Below, piece after piece: positions 1 through 7,573 of a DNA stretch of 37,789 nucleotides. The stretch is taken from contig JAZQAQ010000225.1 of the NCBI GenBank assembly GCA_045545255.1, positions 1 through 37,789 of the forward strand, given 5' to 3'. Under the pieces are notes generated by a model that worked only from the letters and a program-made list of their open reading frames with translations, did not search any database and was not told where the DNA came from. Within the stretch, counting starts at the first letter, position 1. Each line of letters begins with the position of its first letter. Both the position numbers and the translations under genes were made by a program. This stretch comes from Eubacteriales bacterium. GTDB lineage: Bacteria > Bacillota > Clostridia > Oscillospirales > QAKW01.

Positions 1-21
1 CCTTCGGGTCCTTGTAAATAA

Positions 22-1047
22 TTATTCAAATGAAGCAAGTTGTTTTTCCAAGGCTGCAACGTACTCTTCCATCGTGATGCCGAGATTATAGATCTCTTCC
101 GCCACCTCAAGACCGACATAACGATAATGCCACGGCTCATAGCTATAACCCGTAATATCCTCGTCACCATTAGGGTAACGGAGAATAAAGCCATATTCGT
201 GGGCGTGGGCAGAAAACCATTTAAATTCTTCCGTCGTGTCGTAAGCCTCGTGCAAGCAAGCATATTTATTAACGATCTCCGGTATACAGACATCCGCTGC
301 CAATCCCGTGTGATGCTCGCTGGCACCGGGAGGAGCATAATACTGGTTCGTTCTACGGATCGCTTCCTCTTTAGAATAACCCTTCCCTTCCCAGTATTCA
401 ATTTTGCCGTAATATTTATTGTACTGTCTTGTATAAGATCGATATCCGGAGTACATAGTATAGCTGTAACCGGCTTTTTTACCGGCGTTGATCAACTTCC
501 GCAGCGCATCGGCACAAGTTTGATTCAGTTTGTCAGAACCGGAATAGGTTACGAGATTACTGGGAGAATAATCCTTTGAAAGGACATTATCACGATTAAC
601 CAAAAGCATAAACGGATCGTTTAAAATGGCTTCGATTTCTTCCTTCGTTCTCTCTTTCAGTTTAATGCCGCTGATATTGAAAACCGGCTTGTCCTCCGGC
701 TCTTTCTCCGAGGGAGTTGTGTCTGGTTTATCATTGGACGGCTCGTCCTCGGAAGGCTTATCGGTTGACGGTTTATCTTCCTCCGGCTTGTCCGTAGCAG
801 GCTCATTATTTTCATCATTATCTACTTCGGTTTTATCCGTTTCAGGTTGCTGCGCCGTGTTATTATCCGTCGCAGGCTCATCATCGGAAACTTGATCATC
901 CGCAGTTTCAGATGAACCAACAGAAGAATCCTGCTCCTTCCCCTGCTCCCCCTCCGGTGCTTTCGCGCAAGACCAGATCAACGTAGAAATCAAGACTACC
1001 ACGCAAATCAAAGCAAAAAACAATGTAATGGATCGTTTATTTTTCAT
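22..1047 (-). CDS. M15B family Zn D-Ala-D-Ala / LD-carboxypeptidase (VanY/LdcB-like), probably membrane-anchored or a lipoprotein
   Basis: SGYRS, SEHHTGLAAD (SxHxxGxAxD), GFILRYP and YEPWHYRYVG motifs. Hydrophobic N-terminus ending in Cys27, then a long acidic/Pro-rich linker. AGGGGG RBS upstream. Confidence 0.9.
   Translation of the reverse strand: MKNKRSITLFFALICVVVLISTLIWSCAKAPEGEQGKEQDSSVGSSETADDQVSDDEPATDNNTAQQPETDKTEVDNDENNEPATDKPEEDKPSTDKPSEDEPSNDKPDTTPSEKEPEDKPVFNISGIKLKERTKEEIEAILNDPFMLLVNRDNVLSKDYSPSNLVTYSGSDKLNQTCADALRKLINAGKKAGYSYTMYSGYRSYTRQYNKYYGKIEYWEGKGYSKEEAIRRTNQYYAPPGASEHHTGLAADVCIPEIVNKYACLHEAYDTTEEFKWFSAHAHEYGFILRYPNGDEDITGYSYEPWHYRYVGLEVAEEIYNLGITMEEYVAALEKQLASFE
724..801 (-). 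repeat. Coding 15-bp (pentapeptide) tandem repeat PxxDK in the carboxypeptidase linker
   Basis: Translation PATDK-PEEDK-PSTDK-PSEDE-PSNDK-P (aa 83-108). Confidence 0.75.
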
Positions 1048-1073
1048 TTTCTAACCCCCTATGAAAGGTAATA

Positions 1074-1102
1074 ATTATGAACACAAAATGGAATTACTAC
1101 AA
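1074..1102 (-). promoter_or_regulatory. Possible sigma-A promoter for the M15 gene, lying over the start of the divergent gene
   Basis: Minus strand TTGTAG-17 nt-CATAAT; imperfect consensus. Confidence 0.3.
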
Positions 1103-1682
1103 AATCAAATGGACTGCATTTTTTGTGACGGTTTTTATTTTAGGACTTGGATTCACCGTAATCTACATGACGCGTCCGCGTGCGGATCACACACCGCCGC
1201 AAAGCAACGGCACGCAAATTTCAGACCAAGATAACAAGACGGGATATTATTCCAACCAAGCCTTTGGTGATCTGATTGAGACCACATTATCAGAACTGAA
1301 CTTCATTGAAGATATCCGATTCAGCGGAAAAAGCGAAGGTCATTTTTCTCTCACAGGTACCTTTTCGAATCCCAAGCGTCTGGTCGCAGTTTGCCCGGAG
1401 CTTGAATCCTTTGCAATCGTACTAAATGCGCTCAAAGGCGAAGCGGTCACCATCAACGGTCATATTGGAGAAAATGCATACGGGAACGGTTGCTTTATTG
1501 CAGACACCATCACCTTTTCCGATCACACACTTCCCGCAGGGATCGCCACATCATATATCGAGAAATATACCGGACTCAATGATCTTTTGGAAGTCCCCGT
1601 CCACCAAATCTCTCTCACAGAACGCGGGATCACCTTTGCAAAAGCGATTCCGACCGCTATTCAAATTGCCGTGTATAAGTAG
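1077..1682 (+). CDS. Hypothetical membrane-anchored protein, possibly YpmS/LmeA-like
   Basis: 201-aa ORF with GAAAGG RBS, a single N-terminal TM (WTAFFVTVFILGLGFTVIYM), and it fills the gap between two minus-strand genes. The fold guess rests on residue pattern only. Confidence 0.7.
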   Translation: MNTKWNYYKIKWTAFFVTVFILGLGFTVIYMTRPRADHTPPQSNGTQISDQDNKTGYYSNQAFGDLIETTLSELNFIEDIRFSGKSEGHFSLTGTFSNPKRLVAVCPELESFAIVLNALKGEAVTINGHIGENAYGNGCFIADTITFSDHTLPAGIATSYIEKYTGLNDLLEVPVHQISLTERGITFAKAIPTAIQIAVYK

Positions 1683-2448
1683 TGCTTGATTTCACCTTTG
1701 GAATAAAACGAACCAGCAAGACATTGATTGCAGCAAAGATGCCTACGATCACAGCCAACTGCCAATGATCAAGTTTATACATCGAAATGAACGGCAGCGG
1801 CAAAATAGCACCCGCCTCCAGAAGAATCATAAAGAACGTCCAAGCCACTGATACGCCAAAGCGATAATTCCCCTTACTGAGCTTTTGCAATAAATGAGCA
1901 GATGCAGTCATCATCACCGCATAGGCGATAAAGACAAGCGCAACAGAGACGTGACCGGCAACAGGGCGGAAAATGGTAATAATCGTGTTATCCGCGAAGC
2001 TGAGATATCCCTCTTCTTCCACAATACAAGGTCCGTTAAATAGCCCGTTTCCTGCCACAACAAGGGTCATAAGTAAGAGATAAACTCCCATCAAAGCGGC
2101 AGGAGCTATTCCAAACCCAAAGCTAAAGGAATATCCCTGTTCTACGCGATGATTTTTAAAGAACGTCGAACGAACCACCAGCAGACGCACCACGCAAAGA
2201 ATTGCAAGAAATACCAGTCCGACCATACTGCGAAAGAATACCGTATTATAATAATAATCCACACTGAAAGTTACGCGAAAGAGCAATACGATCGCGGCGC
2301 AATAGAAAACTGTAGTGATAATTCCGAGAAAGAACATCCCCCATCGGATTTTGATCTGCAGTTTTTTTTCGAGGAAAAGATAAATACCCAAAAAGCCGGC
2401 AATAAGAACAGCCAGAGCCGCCACATAGGATAGAAGAACCGAGCTCAT
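1657..2448 (-). CDS. Multi-pass membrane protein, degenerate YhfC/PrsW (CPBP superfamily)-like
   Basis: About 7 hydrophobic segments. 'WGMFFLGIITTVF' and 'GYSFSFGFGIAPA' sit where YhfC-type segments would be. No EExxR motif. Confidence 0.6.
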   Translation of the reverse strand: MSSVLLSYVAALAVLIAGFLGIYLFLEKKLQIKIRWGMFFLGIITTVFYCAAIVLLFRVTFSVDYYYNTVFFRSMVGLVFLAILCVVRLLVVRSTFFKNHRVEQGYSFSFGFGIAPAALMGVYLLLMTLVVAGNGLFNGPCIVEEEGYLSFADNTIITIFRPVAGHVSVALVFIAYAVMMTASAHLLQKLSKGNYRFGVSVAWTFFMILLEAGAILPLPFISMYKLDHWQLAVIVGIFAAINVLLVRFIPKVKSSTTYTRQFE

Positions 2449-3155
2449 ACCGTCCCCTCCTTTTTCTTTTTAAAGGGCAACGGCAACGTGATATAAGCAA
2501 CAATTAAATTGAAAACCAGTACTGCCGCAATAAACGCATAGGTAACATAAATATTGGCAAAAATCAGCATTACCGCAAACATCAGGAAATAAGAAATCGC
2601 GATAGCGGAGCCGGCAAATCGTTGCTTTTCCATAAATAATTGATGTCCTACGGTGGAGATCAAAATATAGATCAGTCCGCTGATCAACATTAAAAGTCCA
2701 AAAGCCAGAGACTGACTGATATCAATTTCTCCCAAATAGATCAACCCAAAAATCAGGCAGTTTTGCGCAAGCATAAATCCACATCCAAAGGTTAAACCTG
2801 CATAAGAGGACTTTTCGGCTCTCTGAGCAGTCTCGAAACTGATCGTCTTTAAAAACTCGGATCCGAGCCAAAACAGCAGCAATATAACGGCACCGCCTAT
2901 ATAAAGATAAGAATCCGCATCCGATTCGCCCGAGATGGTAACCGAAGATAAAAACATCTGGCCGATGATCAGCATTATAACCGCAACTGCAATCAATACA
3001 ACGAAAAATGTACCAAAGCCATACATTACGGGAGAAAATGCCACTTCTTTACGCTTTTTCGAAAGAAAAAGTGCCAGCAATATTGCACAAGGAATCAACG
3101 CTCCCAAAAAGATAGCAGGCCAGACATAGCCGAGATTATTAATTAGATTTGTCAT
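2445..3155 (-). CDS. Multi-pass membrane protein, degenerate YhfC/PrsW-like; probable paralogue of the adjacent gene
   Basis: About 7 hydrophobic segments; 'FSPVMYGFGTFFV', 'GSEFLK', 'GLTFGCGFMLAQN'. ATGA 4-nt overlap with the downstream gene. Confidence 0.6.
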   Translation of the reverse strand: MTNLINNLGYVWPAIFLGALIPCAILLALFLSKKRKEVAFSPVMYGFGTFFVVLIAVAVIMLIIGQMFLSSVTISGESDADSYLYIGGAVILLLFWLGSEFLKTISFETAQRAEKSSYAGLTFGCGFMLAQNCLIFGLIYLGEIDISQSLAFGLLMLISGLIYILISTVGHQLFMEKQRFAGSAIAISYFLMFAVMLIFANIYVTYAFIAAVLVFNLIVAYITLPLPFKKKKEGTV

Positions 3156-3162
3156 TTTATTA

Positions 3163-4017
3163 TCAATCCTGTTTCAAAGTTAATTTTGCCGCAGAAAGAG
3201 TATTGCGAAGCAGCATAGTGATCGTCATTGGTCCGACCCCACCGGGTACAGGGGTGATATAAGAAGCTTTTTCAAAGCAGGAATCAAAATCCACATCGCC
3301 GCAAAGCTTCCCGTTTTCATCGCGATCCATCCCCACATCTATGACAACTGCACCCTCTTTGATCATATCACCGGTAATGAACTTTGCTTTACCGATGGCT
3401 ACTACCAAAATATCCGCAGAGGCTGTCTTTTCAGCAAGATTCTTCGTTTTGGAATGGCAGATTTGCACAGTCCCGTTGGCGTGGAGCAGCAGCATTGCTT
3501 GCGGTTTTCCCACAATGTTGCTTCGACCCACAACAACACAATCCTTTCCTGCCACCTCAATGCCGCTGTACTCCAGCAATTTCATCACTCCCGCAGGAGT
3601 ACAAGGCAGAAAATCGTATTGACCCAGCATAATCTTTCCGACATTTTGAATATGAAACGCATCCACATCCTTTTTCGGGTCAATGGCTGCGATTACCTTA
3701 TTCTCATCCAGATGCTTGGGCAGCGGAAGCTGCACCAAAATTCCGTGGATCGCAGGATCGTTATTCAGTTTCTCGATCAAGTTCAAAAGATCGTCTTCGG
3801 AGGTATCTGCAGGCAACTCATAATTTTCCGAGTAAAAACCAACCTCCGCACAGGCTTTGATTTTATTACGGACATATACTTGGGATGCGCTGTCTTCCCC
3901 AACGATGATCACCGCAAGACCGGGCTGAACACCTGCCTCGATCAGCTTTTCAGTCTCTGCACGAATCTCGCCGCGCACAGCCTGAGCAATCATCTTACCG
4001 TCAATGATCTTCGCCAT
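3163..4017 (-). CDS. folD: Bifunctional methylenetetrahydrofolate dehydrogenase/cyclohydrolase
   Basis: MAKIIDGK, YVRNK, GILVQLPLP, KDVD, PCTP, GRSNIVGKP, TPVPGGVGPMT. Start moved to ATG 4017 because the TTG at 4026 directly abuts the GGAGG RBS. Confidence 0.97.
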   Translation of the reverse strand: MAKIIDGKMIAQAVRGEIRAETEKLIEAGVQPGLAVIIVGEDSASQVYVRNKIKACAEVGFYSENYELPADTSEDDLLNLIEKLNNDPAIHGILVQLPLPKHLDENKVIAAIDPKKDVDAFHIQNVGKIMLGQYDFLPCTPAGVMKLLEYSGIEVAGKDCVVVGRSNIVGKPQAMLLLHANGTVQICHSKTKNLAEKTASADILVVAIGKAKFITGDMIKEGAVVIDVGMDRDENGKLCGDVDFDSCFEKASYITPVPGGVGPMTITMLLRNTLSAAKLTLKQD

Positions 4018-4942
4018 CTTCTTCAACCTCCTCTACGTTATCTATGGACTCTTCATCATTCATTGGTTCTGCCGCATAATCAAATTGCGGCTCATAAGAA
4101 GGAACTGTCTCAACCTCTGCCTTTACACGAGAAATCATCAACCGTTCCGGTCTTTTAATATAGACCAGAACAATCAATATGATCGCTACCAACGCAGCAG
4201 CGATTGCAAGCACCATATTGATCCGCAAACCAAAGATATGCAGGTTATATGCGCCGTCACGCAAGGGCTCCATCCAGGCGCGACCGATACCGTACCAAGC
4301 GGTATAAAGTAAAAAGAGTTCACCCTTGAATTTCCGCGAATCCATATAAGCAAAAATTGCAAGCAAGCCCAAAAGATTCCAAAGCGATTCATAAAGAAAC
4401 AATGGATGTACATACTCGGCAATGCAATTTACACCAACACCCATTCTCCAAGGAAGCTCCGTCTGAACACCAAATACTTCCACATTTGCAAAATTACCCC
4501 AACGACCGATGATCTGACCGATCATAAATCCGATAGCCGCCAGATCCAGCATATTCAAAAAGGAGATCTTTTTAAACCTACAAACAAAGTACGCAGCAAG
4601 GCACCCGCCAAATATACCGCCATAAATAGCAAGTCCGCCGTTCCAGACTGCAATCATATCAAGCAGAGAATCAAAGGAACCTAAATCGCCCAATATGTAC
4701 CACACACGGGCACCGATAAAGCCTGCAGGAAGGCTGACCAGAAGGACGTCCAGAATATGATCTCCCACCAGATCAAAGCGCTTTGCAAGGCGATCACAAA
4801 CGAAAAACGCCGCCAAAATACCGACACAAATGATAATCGCATACCATTCGATGGTGATATTCTCCGTTATCTTGAATGCAGTAGGATTAATTGTAAATTC
4901 ACCGACACCAAGGCCGGGAAACGATACTGTGTTAAAATCCAT
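4001..4942 (-). CDS. lgt: Prolipoprotein diacylglyceryl transferase
   Basis: IEWYA, IGARVWY, WNGGLAIYGG, GRWGNFANVEVFG, HPLFLYES motifs; acidic C-terminal tail. Confidence 0.95.
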   Translation of the reverse strand: MDFNTVSFPGLGVGEFTINPTAFKITENITIEWYAIIICVGILAAFFVCDRLAKRFDLVGDHILDVLLVSLPAGFIGARVWYILGDLGSFDSLLDMIAVWNGGLAIYGGIFGGCLAAYFVCRFKKISFLNMLDLAAIGFMIGQIIGRWGNFANVEVFGVQTELPWRMGVGVNCIAEYVHPLFLYESLWNLLGLLAIFAYMDSRKFKGELFLLYTAWYGIGRAWMEPLRDGAYNLHIFGLRINMVLAIAAALVAIILIVLVYIKRPERLMISRVKAEVETVPSYEPQFDYAAEPMNDEESIDNVEEVEEDGEDH

Positions 4943-4944
4943 AT

Positions 4945-6234
4945 TTACTCCTCCTTTACCGGATAGATCACCGAAAGACAGCTACGCTCCTCCGCAAACA
5001 TCTTTTCGGCGCGCAAAACCAAATCTTTGGGCGAAATTTCCTGCAATGCTTCGATGGAGTCAAAGGTTTCCGCTCCGTTGAGATAGTTCCCAACCAAGCG
5101 GTTTGCCATACTGTAGGAACGATCGGTTTCCATCACAAGCGAACCGTACAATCCGTTGCGAATTGCGCGAAAACGTTCTTCGTCAATTCCATGTTCCTTC
5201 AATCGTGCGATGTGCTCAAAAGCACAGCGTTCGACCGCTTTAGGATCATCACTCTCGCCGTTGATGGCGCAAAATGAGAAATAGTCAGAGAGATCGTACC
5301 AGCAATCAAATTCATTATTGATCATTCCCGTCTCATACATTTCCTTGTAAAACGGAGAGGATTTTCCAAAAAGATACTCCAGCAGGATTTCCACTTCCAT
5401 CTCTTTTTTGGAAAGCTCAAGCCCGCCGACATCCGTATCATTATCCTTAAAACCAAGGTGGAAAATGGGGCGAGAAACCAGCATTTCCTTTTCCACATAC
5501 CTCTCGCCTGCCGCATCCGGCTCATCAATGGGCGTCGGTACAGTCTTCAAATCAGACGCTTCGGGGAAATAGCGATCAAGTGCCTTGAGCACCGTTTCTT
5601 TTTCCACATCGCCCACAACCGACATCACCAGATTGCCCGGATGATAGAAGGTATTATAGCAATCCATCAAAATCTCCGGAGTAAGAGAATAGATATCCTC
5701 TACAGTGCCGGCAATATCTCGGCGGATGGGATGCTGCTGATAAAGACCCTGGACCATTGTGAAATACCCCTGCCAGCCCGGCTCATCCTCATACATACGA
5801 ATCTCTTGGGCAATGATCCCCTTTTCTTTTTCCACATTCTCATTCGTCAGATACGGATGGGTAACAAAAGAAAGCAAGACATCGAGGTTTTCTTCAAAAT
5901 GATCACTGCACACAAAATAATAGGCAGTTTTATCATTGGAGGTATAGGCGTTTGCCTTCGCTCCGGTCTTGGCATAAAAGTCAAAGGCGTTGCCTTTCTC
6001 ACCTTCAAAAAGCTTGTGTTCCAAAAAATGCGCAGTTCCGTTCGGCACTGTTACTTGCCTGCCGTCCGGTGCTGTAAAAGTATAGTTGATGGAACCGAAT
6101 TTAGCGGAAATCATTGCTGCCTTTTGCGCCTTTCCGCGTTTTTTCATAAAATAAACCGTCAGTCCACTGGAGTGAATCATTTTTTCATATTCTTCACCGA
6201 TGGCTGCGCAGGAATAAATCTTAGCCTCTGTCAT
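4945..6234 (-). CDS. ymfH: M16 family zinc peptidase, active subunit (YmfH-like)
   Basis: GTAHFLEHKLF (HxxEH), ANAYTS, EKEKGIIAQEI. Confidence 0.9.
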   Translation of the reverse strand: MTEAKIYSCAAIGEEYEKMIHSSGLTVYFMKKRGKAQKAAMISAKFGSINYTFTAPDGRQVTVPNGTAHFLEHKLFEGEKGNAFDFYAKTGAKANAYTSNDKTAYYFVCSDHFEENLDVLLSFVTHPYLTNENVEKEKGIIAQEIRMYEDEPGWQGYFTMVQGLYQQHPIRRDIAGTVEDIYSLTPEILMDCYNTFYHPGNLVMSVVGDVEKETVLKALDRYFPEASDLKTVPTPIDEPDAAGERYVEKEMLVSRPIFHLGFKDNDTDVGGLELSKKEMEVEILLEYLFGKSSPFYKEMYETGMINNEFDCWYDLSDYFSFCAINGESDDPKAVERCAFEHIARLKEHGIDEERFRAIRNGLYGSLVMETDRSYSMANRLVGNYLNGAETFDSIEALQEISPKDLVLRAEKMFAEERSCLSVIYPVKEE

Positions 6235-7493
6235 TCCTCGTTATGAACTCCCTTCAATAAATAGACGGTATCCAGCTTGATTTCCCGAGCAACGGAGATA
6301 ACATCCTCTCGGGATACCGCAGAAATCTCCTCAATCTCTTGCTCCGGAGTCTTCAGCTCACATCTCAAAGTACCGGACAGCATCAAGGATGCCAGCGCAC
6401 TTTCGCTATCCTGAAAGCTGCGCATACTATCAATCAGATATACACGTGCATTCTCCATTTCTTCATCGGAGAAATCGCCTTTAGCTACTGCTTCCAGTTG
6501 CGCTTCGATCTCCTGATATGCCTCCTCATACTTTGAGGATTCCACACCGCTGGATACAAACATCACGTTTTTAAAGCGGTCAATGTTCGAAGAGCAATAA
6601 TAACAAAGCGACAACCGCTCGCGTACATTCATAAATAACTTTGAAGTGGCACTTCCGCCATAGAGAACATTAAAAAGGCGGCAAGCAGCCCCGTTTTTCA
6701 AAGCAGCATCGCCAAGGCGAAATCCAAGGTTCAGCTTACTTTGATTAAGATCCATCGACTCAATCACTTCGTTAACCGCATCTTTGGCAGAGCAAATCAT
6801 CGTCTGCGGCATCTCTCCGTCACGCGCCGAAAAGCTTTCAGCCAGACCGCCGAGGAAACGTTCACGGTCCTTGCCTACATAACTTATTACAACATAAGCC
6901 TCCGCCATCATTCGGCAGAAAAATGCATATAAAGATGCGGCATCAAAGGCTTTCACCATTTCCTGCGTACCCATTTCATTGATGCCGAAAGCCTCATCTG
7001 CACACATCAGTGCCTTGCAGCGATCCAAAGAGTAGACCTTTTTATCATTGAATAAGCCGGTGATCTTATCGGAGAGATTCACCTTTTCCTGCTCCACATA
7101 GTCAGCAGAAAAAGCGTCGTTTTCCACCAAAGGATGAAAGACCATTTCTTTGAAAAGAGAAATGACAGCTCCGCGGATATCCTCACCGTCAATGGCGTAT
7201 TCGTTATCCAGATGCTTAAACGCAAAGGTCAAGATCTCCATTTCGCCCGCCTTGGAAGCATTGATGGAGAAAGATGCGCCATAATTTTTCGCCAGATATC
7301 GGCTGATCAGATCCATCTGCGGATATGCTTTACATCCGCGACTGATCACACCTGCCAACAGTGACATTCCCGCTGCATTCTCAACCGTCAGCGGCAATAC
7401 AAAATCCACTGCCAGATAGCTTGTCTTAAATTGATCTGTTATTCCGTAATTACAGACCACCCCGCGACAGGGCTTTTCCTGAAAAAACTCCAT
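6231..7493 (-). CDS. ymfF: M16 family peptidase-like subunit lacking HxxEH (YmfF-like)
   Basis: SKLFMNVRERLSLCYY and QSKLNLG motifs; no zinc motif; ATGA overlap with the ymfH-like gene. Confidence 0.88.
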   Translation of the reverse strand: MEFFQEKPCRGVVCNYGITDQFKTSYLAVDFVLPLTVENAAGMSLLAGVISRGCKAYPQMDLISRYLAKNYGASFSINASKAGEMEILTFAFKHLDNEYAIDGEDIRGAVISLFKEMVFHPLVENDAFSADYVEQEKVNLSDKITGLFNDKKVYSLDRCKALMCADEAFGINEMGTQEMVKAFDAASLYAFFCRMMAEAYVVISYVGKDRERFLGGLAESFSARDGEMPQTMICSAKDAVNEVIESMDLNQSKLNLGFRLGDAALKNGAACRLFNVLYGGSATSKLFMNVRERLSLCYYCSSNIDRFKNVMFVSSGVESSKYEEAYQEIEAQLEAVAKGDFSDEEMENARVYLIDSMRSFQDSESALASLMLSGTLRCELKTPEQEIEEISAVSREDVISVAREIKLDTVYLLKGVHNEE

Positions 7494-7573
7494 ACCTTGC
7501 TCCTTAATATGCGTAAGATTACATTATATTTTAACATAGATTTAAGCGAAAGAAAAGGTTTTTACACAGATTT

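Noticed and set aside
22-1047. Vancomycin-resistance vanY
   Set aside because: No vanHAX or vanRS genes are visible in the window; housekeeping M15B peptidases share these motifs.
4945-7493. Active plus inactive M16 peptidase pair as a novelty
   Set aside because: This is the known YmfF/YmfH arrangement in Firmicutes.
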